A stretch of 64,000 nucleotides of DNA from an uncultured Thermotogae bacterium (GCA_964523545.1 CAZFZM010000004.1:395-64394); one strand, 5' to 3'; positions 7,711-19,443 are shown, counted from the stretch's first letter. Notes: generated from the sequence alone by a model not told the origin. Numbers and translations: made by a program.

Positions 7711-8528
7711 ATGGCTCCCGTTGCTGAATTTCAAGCAGTCCGGAAGGTCTACCCAGGCCGTACCGAAGCGCTCAAGGGAGTCGATCTCGTCGTCGGTGAA
7801 GGCGAATCGTTGGGGCTGATCGGTTCGAACGGCGCTGGGAAGACGACGCTTGTGAGACTGCTTCTGGGACTTCTCAAGCCGACTTCGGGAAGCGCGAAAC
7901 TGTGGGGACAGGACGCCTACGCCCTGCCCGTTGATCTGAAGCGCAGGATCGGTTTCCTTCTCGAGGAGACGGGCGTCTACGAGAACCTCACGGTGGATGA
8001 GAACCTTCTCTTCTGGGCGAAGCTGTACGACTTCGGCGAAGCGCGAGTCCTTGAAGTTCTGAGCGCGTGGGGCTTGCTGGACAAGAGGAAAGCGGTGGCG
8101 AGGACGCTCTCGGCGGGGATGAAACAGAGGCTCGGGATCGCCAAGGCGCTGATGCACGAGGCGCCGTTCGCCGTGCTGGATGAGCCGACGTCGAACGGGT
8201 GTGCACCCGAATCGTGCTTCTCCGCCGCGGGGCGATCGCCGCCGCGGGCACGATGCAGGAGCTGAAGGAGCAACTCGGGGTGAAGCGCGAAGTGAGGATC
8301 CGGGTCTCCGGAGAGATCTCCGGCGACCTGGAGCGCCGGATCGTCGACAGCTTCGGCGTCGCACAAACCGCGGACGACGAGCTGATCCTCGTGGACGAGG
8401 CGACCGCGACCCGTGACTTGGTGAGGTATCTCGTGGAGCACGGCGTGGACGTTGAACGGGCGGAGGAGAGCCGAGTGACGCTGGAGGACGTCTACACCCA
8501 GATGGTCGAGGAGGACGAGGCGGAATGA
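7711..8528 (+). pseudogene. ABC transporter ATP-binding protein (ABC-2/CcmA type) with internal deletion and frameshift
   Basis: Walker A GSNGAGKTT, signature LSAGMKQRL and Walker B FAVLDEPTS lie in one frame (stop at 8265). The C-terminal part CTRIVLLRRGAIAAAGTMQELKEQ...TLEDVYTQM continues in another frame from about 8199. The D-loop-to-H-loop segment is missing. GGAGGA lies 10 nt before ATG 7711. Confidence 0.75.
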
Positions 8529-9187
8529 AGGCGATACGGGTCATCCTCTGGAAGGAAACGAGGACCTTCTTTCGGGACAGACTGCGCTTTGTGGCGTTGA
8601 TCCTCATCACGCTGTTCTTCGGGACCTACTTCGCCGCGCGCTATGGACAGCTCCTTCTCGTTCCCACGGCACTGGTCCCGATGCTCGCCGGGGCCTACGC
8701 CTTTTCCCAGGCGGCCTTCTACAACGAGGTGACTCGCAAGACGCTGCCGAACTTGCTCGCATCTCCGATGTCTCCCGAGACGTTGCTACTCGGAAAGAGC
8801 CTCGCGGTCTTCCTCTTCTCCTATGCATTCGAGTGGATCGGCGTTGCGGTCTGTGTCGGGTTCTCGTGGTTTAGGCTCGGGGAACTCCCGACGCTTGCAT
8901 CGGTCTACACGGCCCTCGTGGTGATCCCCATCTGGGGATTTGCCCTCATCGAGTTCTTCGGTCTGATCTCCACTCTGGTCCGCGGCAGCGTGGGGGTGTG
9001 GCTACTGACGGCTCCACTGTATATCGCTGTGCTCCTGTCTGTGCTGCGCCCTTCGGTCGCCAGCAAGCTGGGGAGCTTTCTCTCGTCCCTGTGGCTGCCT
9101 CCCTTAGCTGGGCTCGGCGTTGCGGCCCTGCTCTACGCACTGCTGGCGAGAGTTAGCAAGGATCGCATGACGAGAGTGGCGTCATAA
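8525..9187 (+). CDS. ABC-2 type transporter permease
   Basis: The ATGA overlap with the ATPase stop couples the two genes. 220 aa with about 6 TM helices. The N-terminus MKAIRVILWKETRTFFRDRLRF is typical of ABC-2 permeases. Confidence 0.75.
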   Translation: MKAIRVILWKETRTFFRDRLRFVALILITLFFGTYFAARYGQLLLVPTALVPMLAGAYAFSQAAFYNEVTRKTLPNLLASPMSPETLLLGKSLAVFLFSYAFEWIGVAVCVGFSWFRLGELPTLASVYTALVVIPIWGFALIEFFGLISTLVRGSVGVWLLTAPLYIAVLLSVLRPSVASKLGSFLSSLWLPPLAGLGVAALLYALLARVSKDRMTRVAS

Positions 9188-9198
9188 GGACGAAGGGG

Positions 9199-9225
9199 AA
9201 GGGAGCACCTTTGCAGCACTCCCTT
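9199..9225. terminator. weak hairpin between convergent genes
   Basis: AAGGGAG-13 nt-CTCCCTT followed by TCTCTC. It lies between the permease stop (9187) and the PFOR stop (9265). Confidence 0.3.
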
Positions 9226-9264
9226 TCTCTCGGTCTGGTGACCAGTCGATCTTAGGCTGTGCTG

Positions 9265-12912
<3,648 letters not shown>

Positions 12913-12934
12913 TCACAACGCGAGGACGAGGGAT

Positions 12935-12962
12935 TTGAGCTCGCGCGATAACCTAGTATACT
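12935..12962 (+). promoter_or_regulatory. sigma70-like promoter for the MFS gene (very short leader)
   Basis: TTGAGC-16 nt-TATACT. The ATG at 12975 is only 12 nt after the -10 box, with no SD. Confidence 0.4.
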
Positions 12963-12974
12963 CTAGTCTTAACA

Positions 12975-14186
12975 ATGCAGACTGCAGGGACATCACTACT
13001 GCGGAACCGCAATTTCCTTCTGGTTTGGGGCGGCCAGTCCGTCTCGATGCTCGGCAGTCAGATGAGCTACGTCGCGCTGTTCTGGTGGGTCTACCAGTCT
13101 ACGGGATCGTCCGCCGCGCTGGCGTCCGTGGCGATCGCCTCGGCGGTCACTCGGTTCCTCGCGGGCCCGCTCGCCGGAACGTTCATCGACCGGGTCGACC
13201 GCAGGAGGCTGATGCTCGGGATGAACGTCGTCAACGCGCTGACGATGGCGACCGTCGGGTCCTTGTTGTACTTCGGACGGCTACAGGTTTGGCACGTCTA
13301 CATCTCGAGCGTGATCGCCGCGGGAGCGACGCTCGTGCACCGCTCCGCCCTGATGGCGAGCATCCCGAACCTGGTCTCCAAGGATCAGCTCACTCGGGCG
13401 AACTCCCTGGATCAGATTGCGTCCAGCGCCAGCGGGATCCTCGGACCCGCACTGGGCGGCGTGCTCGTCGGCCTGCTCGGCAGCGGCCCGACGATGTGGC
13501 TCGACGCGATCACGTTCCTGGTGGCCGGTGCCTCCCTCGGTCTGGTCGCGTTCGTGTCGCCGAAGGTCGTCGGCGCAGAAGGTCTGCGGCAGTCGGTCGC
13601 GACGGCGCTGTCGGGATTCCGGTTCCTGTATGAGCGGAAGAGCCTCCTCTGCATGGTGGCGCTGTACGGTGTGACGAACTTCATGCTGGCGCCGACGAGC
13701 GTGCTGTTCCCGATCATGGCGAGCGATATCCTGAAGGCGGGGGCGGAAGGGCTCGGCTTCCTGACCTCTGCGCTGTCCATCGGCATGCTGCTCGGCGGGA
13801 CGTTCACCTGGCTTTTGAAGCGCGTCAAGCGCCACGGGGTGGGTATTCTCATCGGGTTCGGAATCCTTGGCACGGCCCTGGCCCTCTTTGGGACGACCCG
13901 GGATCTTCCGCTTGCCATGATCACCCTCGGCGTCGTCGGCTTCGCCGTCGCGGTTCTGAATGTGTTCGAGTCGGTCGTGATCCAGGTGCACACGCCGGAC
14001 GAGCTCCGAGGCCGCGCGTTCGCCGCGCTGAATGCCCTCACCCAGAGCCTCCGACCCCTTTCGTTGGCCGCCGTCGGGGGACTCCTCCTGTTCCTGTCGG
14101 CTCCCGTTGTGCTGATCGGCTGCGGCGTGGCCGTGGCCGTCTCCGGTCTCGGCGGCGCCTGGGTGAAGGGCGTGCGAGAGCTGTAG
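12975..14186 (+). CDS. MFS transporter (EntS/macrolide-efflux-like subfamily)
   Basis: 403 aa, about 12 TM helices. The N-terminus LLRNRNFLLVWGGQSVSMLGSQMSYVALFWWVY is typical of this MFS subgroup. Confidence 0.9.
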   Translation: MQTAGTSLLRNRNFLLVWGGQSVSMLGSQMSYVALFWWVYQSTGSSAALASVAIASAVTRFLAGPLAGTFIDRVDRRRLMLGMNVVNALTMATVGSLLYFGRLQVWHVYISSVIAAGATLVHRSALMASIPNLVSKDQLTRANSLDQIASSASGILGPALGGVLVGLLGSGPTMWLDAITFLVAGASLGLVAFVSPKVVGAEGLRQSVATALSGFRFLYERKSLLCMVALYGVTNFMLAPTSVLFPIMASDILKAGAEGLGFLTSALSIGMLLGGTFTWLLKRVKRHGVGILIGFGILGTALALFGTTRDLPLAMITLGVVGFAVAVLNVFESVVIQVHTPDELRGRAFAALNALTQSLRPLSLAAVGGLLLFLSAPVVLIGCGVAVAVSGLGGAWVKGVREL

Positions 14187-14312
14187 GTCCGAAGCATCTC
14201 GCATCGCGTTTCGCACGCCGCGTCTTCCCGCTTGGTGCTCGGTGCCTCCCAATTCGCTTCGCGCTGGACGGTCCGTCCGCGGGTTAGGTTAGCGCGGATG
14301 GAGAACAAGGAT

Positions 14313-14340
14313 TTGACACGTTCTCCAAACCGGATATAAG
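14313..14340 (+). promoter_or_regulatory. near-consensus sigma70 promoter of the repeat-peptide ORF
   Basis: TTGACA (14313-14318)-16 nt-TATAAG (14335-14340). The -35 box is bracketed by the inverted repeat GAGAAC (14301-06) / GTTCTC (14320-25). Confidence 0.55.
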
Positions 14341-14370
14341 GTATGGGCGAAAAGGAAGGAGGTGGAAGAC

Positions 14371-14496
14371 ATGACGTATCGGCCGATTGATGTGGGCGGC
14401 AACTACACGACGCCGATCCATGTCGGCGGTGAGTACTCCTCGCCGATCGATGTCGGCGGTGACTACACGACGCCGATCGAAGTGGGCGGCGATTAG
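14371..14496 (+). CDS. 41-aa tandem decapeptide-repeat peptide (x-Y-x-x-P-I-D/H/E-V-G-G)x4
   Basis: GGAGG lies 8 nt upstream of the ATG. Product MTYRPIDVGG NYTTPIHVGG EYSSPIDVGG DYTTPIEVGG D, i.e. exact 30-nt periodicity with synonymous variation between units. A strong terminator lies downstream. Too short for the ORF track. Confidence 0.55.
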   Translation: MTYRPIDVGGNYTTPIHVGGEYSSPIDVGGDYTTPIEVGGD

Positions 14497-14587
14497 CCGT
14501 TGCCGATCGACGTCGACGGCTGGCCGAGGTGAGGTCAGCTTAGGCCAGTAGGGTGGCGGTCGTTCTTCGCTGCCGCAGTGAATTGCG

Positions 14588-14624
14588 CCGAAGGGTACCG
14601 GAGGGTATCCTTCGGTCTTTCGTT
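14588..14624 (+). terminator. intrinsic terminator after repeat-peptide ORF
   Basis: CCGAAGGGTACC-ggag-GGTATCCTTCGG: a 12-bp stem with one G-U pair, followed by TCTTTCGTT. Confidence 0.7.
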
Positions 14625-14758
14625 GCACCTGGTCGCCCAGGCTTGCCTCACAGGTTTCCCTTCGAGGGCGCTAAACGTGGATGTGCGTCTAGGTTTTCCG
14701 GAATCAGGAAAAATCGACTTGTATCGATGACTGCCCAGAAGGGTAAGGAGGTCCTCTG

Positions 14759-14953
14759 ATGAAACGACTGCTTGCTTTACTGGCAATCGCGCTCGTGCTG
14801 ACGGGAATCGCATTGTCCGTGTGCGCCGATCCGATCGACGTTGGAGGGAAGTTCACCGCTTCTTCCTCGAGCATTCTGGGACCGGTTTTTCCCGTGAAGG
14901 GCCCGATTGGGTTCTCCACGTGCTGCGGTCCTATCGATGTGGGAGGCAAGTAG
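14759..14953 (+). CDS. 64-aa secreted peptide with terminal PIDVGGK motifs
   Basis: AAGGAGG lies 8 nt upstream. Signal peptide MKRLLALLAIALVLTGIALSVCA. Mature part DPIDVGGKFTASSSSILGPVFPVKGPIGFSTCCGPIDVGGK. It shares the PIDVGG motif with the upstream peptide. Confidence 0.6.
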   Translation: MKRLLALLAIALVLTGIALSVCADPIDVGGKFTASSSSILGPVFPVKGPIGFSTCCGPIDVGGK

Positions 14954-15164
14954 CGGTCGAACCAGAAGCCAAAGAAGACGAGAAGCTTCGACGGGGTGTG
15001 GGCGATTAGTGACGTGGACAGTCGGCCACATCCCGCGTCATTCGAGGACACAGGATGCTGCAAGCGCGTGAGGGACTGCGAGATTCAATCTACCCGAGCG
15101 TTGCTGTGCGCCTGCTTCGTCAGTACAGTTACTCCCTCGGCCGGGGGGCGCGCGCGGAAGAGGC

Positions 15165-16166
15165 TTGCGGCGCGACATTGAGGGGAAGAGGGTGCCCGTG
15201 ACTGGGGTGAAGTCACCGGAGGACAACACGAGTTTGGTCGAAGGTCTGACGATTCGGCGCCACAGCGACGCCGTGGAGCGGGTGGAGAAGCGTACCACCA
15301 CGCTCGAGCTGCTTGCGTCTTCCGATTCGGTCGAGGTCTCTCGCCAGCGGATCGAGGCCGGTCGCCATTTCTACTTGTTCGCGACGGACGAGTGGAGCGG
15401 ATTCGAGCTGATCTACGTGCTCGAAGGTCTCTTGACGATCGATTCAGATGACGACGAGAACAGCGTTCAGGAACCCATCCTTCTCCGGTCCGGCGACTAC
15501 ATCTATCACAACGGACTCCCGCAACGAGTCTTCTTCCGAGTGGCGGAGGAGGTGGAACTGCTCCTGATCTCATCCGCGCCGAGTTTCGATGTGGCGAGCC
15601 ATCGCGTGAGCGACATGGTCGCGATGGCGCAATCCGTTGAGGAGAAGGACGCCGCGACGGAGGGGCACTGCGACCGAATGGACCAATTCGCTATCCAAAC
15701 TGGAGAGAAGCTGGGTCTGGGGGGGCAATCCCTTGTTGACCTCTCATACGCCGCTTATCTACACGACATCGGGAAAGTGAGAGTTCCCGATGAGATTCTC
15801 GGCAAGGAAGGCCAGCTCACGACCGAGGAATGGGAGGAGATGAGGAGACATCCGGAGTATGGGGCAGAGATTCTCTGTGAGAAGGACTTCCTCCACGGCG
15901 CGGCGGAGATCGTGAAGTCGCATCACGAGCGCTACGACGGGTCCGGCTACCCCGAGGGACTCAAAGGGGACGAGATCCCGATCGGTGCTCGGATTGTGGC
16001 TGTCGCGGATACGTATGATGCGATGACGTCGCAGCGGACGTACCAGCAGGAGCCGCTGTCGAAGTCGGAAGCGATCGAGGAGCTCCGGAAGCACGCCGGA
16101 ACGCAGTTCGATCCGAAGGTCGTCGAGGCCTTCATCGAAGTCATCGGTGGCGACGGTGAGGCGTAG
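15165..16166 (+). CDS. cupin-domain / HD-GYP domain protein (putative c-di-GMP phosphodiesterase)
   Basis: The C-terminus has YLHDIGKVRVPDEIL...HHERYDGSGYPEGL (HD and GYP motifs). The N-terminal segment FELIYVLEGLLTID...LRSGDYIY is cupin-like and lacks the H.H metal motif. Start ambiguous (TTG 15165 or GTG 15192/15198/15207). Confidence 0.85.
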   Translation: MRRDIEGKRVPVTGVKSPEDNTSLVEGLTIRRHSDAVERVEKRTTTLELLASSDSVEVSRQRIEAGRHFYLFATDEWSGFELIYVLEGLLTIDSDDDENSVQEPILLRSGDYIYHNGLPQRVFFRVAEEVELLLISSAPSFDVASHRVSDMVAMAQSVEEKDAATEGHCDRMDQFAIQTGEKLGLGGQSLVDLSYAAYLHDIGKVRVPDEILGKEGQLTTEEWEEMRRHPEYGAEILCEKDFLHGAAEIVKSHHERYDGSGYPEGLKGDEIPIGARIVAVADTYDAMTSQRTYQQEPLSKSEAIEELRKHAGTQFDPKVVEAFIEVIGGDGEA

Positions 16167-16332
16167 CCTCCTCGCCTCGCGCTGGCGCCACCTTCTGTTT
16201 CTTCTTCCGCTGGGTCTGACGATCGGACTGGCCGTCGGTTGGGTCTTCCAGGATCTGCTGTTCGGGGTGGCGGTCGGCGGTGGGATGGGAATCGCGTTCG
16301 GGCTCCTTCTCGCGCTGAGGAATCCCCGCTAG
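16147..16332 (+). CDS. possible small two-TM membrane protein
   Basis: 61-codon ORF overlapping the end of the HD-GYP gene. Gly-rich hydrophobic LLFLLPLGLTIGLAVGWVF...GVAVGGGMGIAFGLLLAL. No clear SD. Confidence 0.35.
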   Translation: MATVRRSLLASRWRHLLFLLPLGLTIGLAVGWVFQDLLFGVAVGGGMGIAFGLLLALRNPR

Positions 16333-16392
16333 GAGTACGAAACCGCCCCGATCGACGCCGGGGCGGAATCCGTTTCGCAGTACTCTTCCTCG

Positions 16393-17709
16393 TTACAGGT
16401 TCGACATCCGATCGATCACGCTTTCCAAGTTCGGGAGTCCGATCTCCTGAAGCTCGTAGCGGACGCGCGTCACCGGGACCTTGAACGTCAGCAGTCGGCC
16501 GAGATCGACCGGCGTTCCGATGACGACGGCGTCGCACTCGGTGCGATCGACGGTCTCCTGGAGATCGCGGATCTGATCGTCGCCGTAGCCCATCGCCGGA
16601 AGGAGGGTGCCGATCCGCGGATACCACCGGTACGTCTCGGCGATGGAGTCGACCGTGTACGGACGCGGGTCGACGAGCTCCTCCGCGCCGAACCGCTGCG
16701 CCGCGATCACGCCGGCGCCGTACTCCATCTCGCCGTGGGTCAGCGTCGGGCCGTCCTCGATGACCAGAACCCGCTTTCCTCGAATGACGGACGGATCGTC
16801 GACCTGGATCGGCGACGCCGCTTCGATGATCGTCGCGTGCGGGTTGTGGTCGACGACGTTGTCGCGAACGAAGAGGATGTCGTCGAGCGCCGCGGTGTCC
16901 ACCTTGTTGATCACGACGACGTCAGCGAGACGCAGGTCAACGCCGCTGGGATAGTAGAGCAGCTCGTGACCGGCCCGGTGGGGGTCGACCACGACGATCG
17001 ACAAGTCGGCCTTGTAGAACGAGAAGTCGTTGTTCCCGCCGTCCCAGACGACGACGTCCGCCTCGGTCTCGGCTTGGCGAAGGATCTTCTCGTAGTCGAT
17101 CCCGGCGTAGACGATCGTTCCGTTGGCGATGTGCGGCTCGTACTCCTCCCGCTCCTCGATCGTGCAGTCTTGCGCGTCGAGGTCCTCGTACGTCTCGAAC
17201 CGCTGCACCTCCTGCTTGACGAGATTCCCGTAGGGCATCGGGTGCCGGACGACGACGACCTTCTTCCCGCGCTCCCTGAGGATCTGGCAGACGCGTCGGG
17301 TCGTCTGGCTCTTCCCCGAGCCGGTCCGGACGGCGGTGACCGAGATCAGCGGCTTCACCGGCTCGATCATGGTCGACGCGGGACTGAGGAGCATGAAATC
17401 AGCCCCGGCCGAGTTGACGACCGCGGAGCGTTCCATCACGTGCTGATTCGAGACGTCGCTGTAGCTGAAGACGACGATGTCGATGTCCTTCTCGGCGATC
17501 AGATCGGTCAGCTTGTCTTCGGAGTGAATCGGAATCCCCTCCGGATACAGCTTGCCCGACAGCTCCGGGGGGTAGGTGCGTCCTTCGATGTCCGGAATCT
17601 GCGTCGCGGTGAACGCGATGACCTCGTAGTCCTCGTTGTCGCGGAAGTAAGTGTTGAAGTTGTGGAAGTCGCGCCCTGCAGCCCCCATGATGATGACGCG
17701 CTTTCGCAT
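16393..17709 (-). CDS. COG2403-type P-loop protein (predicted GTPase / cyclic 2,3-diphosphoglycerate synthetase-like)
   Basis: The N-terminus MRKRVIIMGAAGRDFHNFNTYFRDN..YEVIAFTATQIP and Walker A VRTGSGKSQTTRRV match my recollection of this family. 438 aa. Confidence 0.75.
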   Translation of the reverse strand: MRKRVIIMGAAGRDFHNFNTYFRDNEDYEVIAFTATQIPDIEGRTYPPELSGKLYPEGIPIHSEDKLTDLIAEKDIDIVVFSYSDVSNQHVMERSAVVNSAGADFMLLSPASTMIEPVKPLISVTAVRTGSGKSQTTRRVCQILRERGKKVVVVRHPMPYGNLVKQEVQRFETYEDLDAQDCTIEEREEYEPHIANGTIVYAGIDYEKILRQAETEADVVVWDGGNNDFSFYKADLSIVVVDPHRAGHELLYYPSGVDLRLADVVVINKVDTAALDDILFVRDNVVDHNPHATIIEAASPIQVDDPSVIRGKRVLVIEDGPTLTHGEMEYGAGVIAAQRFGAEELVDPRPYTVDSIAETYRWYPRIGTLLPAMGYGDDQIRDLQETVDRTECDAVVIGTPVDLGRLLTFKVPVTRVRYELQEIGLPNLESVIDRMSNL

Positions 17710-17778
17710 GTTCCGTTCCCCCTTGTCTCGTTCGTGGCGGGATTATAGCGGGCGTCCGAAACGGCTTCCACGATCCGG

Positions 17779-17807
17779 TTGTCGACGCTGGAGCCGGTCC
17801 GTATGAT
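17779..17807 (+). promoter_or_regulatory. sigma70-like promoter giving a leaderless pgsA mRNA
   Basis: TTGTCG-17 nt-TATGAT. The ATG at 17814 is 6 nt after the -10 box, with no SD. Confidence 0.4.
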
Positions 17808-17813
17808 CGGGGC

Positions 17814-18323
17814 ATGTCGGTCGCCAATCTGATCACGCTCTCGAGGGGGATCGCGATTGTGCCGATCGTCTTTCTCCTCGCGTCGGGGCATCGCTGGGCG
17901 GCGTGGTGGCTGTTCGGATTCGCGTGCTTGACCGACCTGATCGACGGGTGGGTCGCGCGGATGCGAGACGAGGTGACACGGCTCGGTCAAGTGCTCGACC
18001 CGATGGTGGACAAGGCGCTCTACGTCTCGATTCTGTGCCTCCTCTTCGTCCTCGGCGACATCCCGCCACTGGCGTTCGCCCTGTTCCTGCTCCCGCAGAC
18101 GGCGATCGGCCTCGGCGCGCTTCTGCTGCGTGTCCGGAGGAACGCCGTGCAGCAGGCGCGAACGCCGGGCAAGGTGGCGTCGGCCCTCGCGTTCGGGGCG
18201 ATCGCGTTCCTCATCGTGCGATGGCCCGGCGGCGTCGAGCTGTTCTACATGGCGGTCGGGGCGACGTTCGCCGCGGCGATCGATTATGGGATCTCCGCCG
18301 TCCAATTGATGAGAAACGCGTAG
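17814..18323 (+). CDS. pgsA: CDP-alcohol phosphatidyltransferase (phosphatidylglycerophosphate synthase-like)
   Basis: Family motif DG..AR...(8)..G...D...D is present as DLIDGWVARMRDEVTRLGQVLDPMVDK. 169 aa, multi-TM. Confidence 0.9.
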   Translation: MSVANLITLSRGIAIVPIVFLLASGHRWAAWWLFGFACLTDLIDGWVARMRDEVTRLGQVLDPMVDKALYVSILCLLFVLGDIPPLAFALFLLPQTAIGLGALLLRVRRNAVQQARTPGKVASALAFGAIAFLIVRWPGGVELFYMAVGATFAAAIDYGISAVQLMRNA

Positions 18324-18383
18324 GAGGGGCGATTCATCATCGAGGGCGATCCCTGCCTGAGCGACCAAGCGCCGACAGGCCGG

Positions 18384-19298
18384 CTACCCGATCTCTCCCA
18401 TGCGCTCCCAGGCCAGTTCCTCGTACGCGAAGTCGGGGAACTCAGGCGGAATCGGCGCTTCGAACCGCAGATCCTCCCCAGTCTCGGGGTGCTGCACTCT
18501 GATCCGCCACGCGTGAAGCATCAAGCGCCTGCGCTTCGCGTCTCCGTAGATTGGATCTCCCACGACCGGACGGCCGATGTACTGCAGATGAACGCGGACC
18601 TGATGCGTCCGGCCGGTGTGCGGCCGGACGAGAAGGAGCGTCGAGTCGTGGAGGCGGCGCAGAACGCGGAAGTCGGTTCGCGCGGCGCGTCCCTGCGATC
18701 GGACGCTCATCCGCCTCGGGTGGGCCGGATCCCGACCGATTGGCGCGTCGATCGCTCCCTCCCCCTCGGCGATGACGCCGTGGACGACTGCGACGTACGT
18801 CTTCTCCACCGATCGTGCGGCGAACTGCCGCTGGAGGTGCGCCAGCGCGGCGTCGGTTTTCGCGACGAGGATCACCCCGCTCGTCTCCTTGTCGAGTCGG
18901 TGGACGATCCCCGGGCGGACGGGATCGTCGCTCGGGGGGAGCGTTCGGTCCGCCAGAAGTCCCTCGACCAGCGTCGGCGATTCGGTCCCTGCCCCCGGGT
19001 GAACGACCAGACCGGCCGGCTTGTCGACGACGACGAGGTGGTCGTCCTCGTACAGAATATCGAGCGGGATCGGCTGGGGAGTCAGCGGAGCGCGATCGGC
19101 GATTTCCCAGATGACCTCGTCGTTTTCGCGAAGTCGGCGGGACGGCTGGCGGGTGACCTCGCCGGACACGGAGACGCGGCCGGCCCGGATGTCTCGTTGG
19201 ACCTCGCTCCGCGACGTCTCGGGGTTCGCGTCGGCGAGGAACCGGTCAAGGCGACGGCCGGCGTGCTCGGAATCGGTGATCAACGCAATCCGCTTCAT
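18384..19298 (-). CDS. rluD: RluA/RluD-family 23S rRNA pseudouridine synthase
   Basis: S4 domain (RLDRFLAD...SRSEVQRDIRAGRVSVSG) plus catalytic HRLDKETSGVILVAK. The start is taken at MKRIAL (ATG 19298), not the 51-codon upstream extension in the track. Confidence 0.9.
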   Translation of the reverse strand: MKRIALITDSEHAGRRLDRFLADANPETSRSEVQRDIRAGRVSVSGEVTRQPSRRLRENDEVIWEIADRAPLTPQPIPLDILYEDDHLVVVDKPAGLVVHPGAGTESPTLVEGLLADRTLPPSDDPVRPGIVHRLDKETSGVILVAKTDAALAHLQRQFAARSVEKTYVAVVHGVIAEGEGAIDAPIGRDPAHPRRMSVRSQGRAARTDFRVLRRLHDSTLLLVRPHTGRTHQVRVHLQYIGRPVVGDPIYGDAKRRRLMLHAWRIRVQHPETGEDLRFEAPIPPEFPDFAYEELAWERMGEIG

Positions 19299-19443
19299 CC
19301 TAGGATTTCTCGTTTGTCCACGTGCTGAGACCGTCGTATAATAGGGCGATCGCGATGGAATTGGAAACGTGCTCTGTCGCCAATCTCGGCGACATTGTTT
19401 TTGGAGGGAATGGGCGAGAGTCGAGAACGCAGGGCGGGCAAAG

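Noticed and set aside
14704-15063. Minus-strand ORFs (119 aa, 84 aa) across the second PIDVGG peptide gene
   Set aside because: They have no SD and are the reverse-complement reading of the + strand peptide gene, which has an AAGGAGG site and a clear signal peptide.
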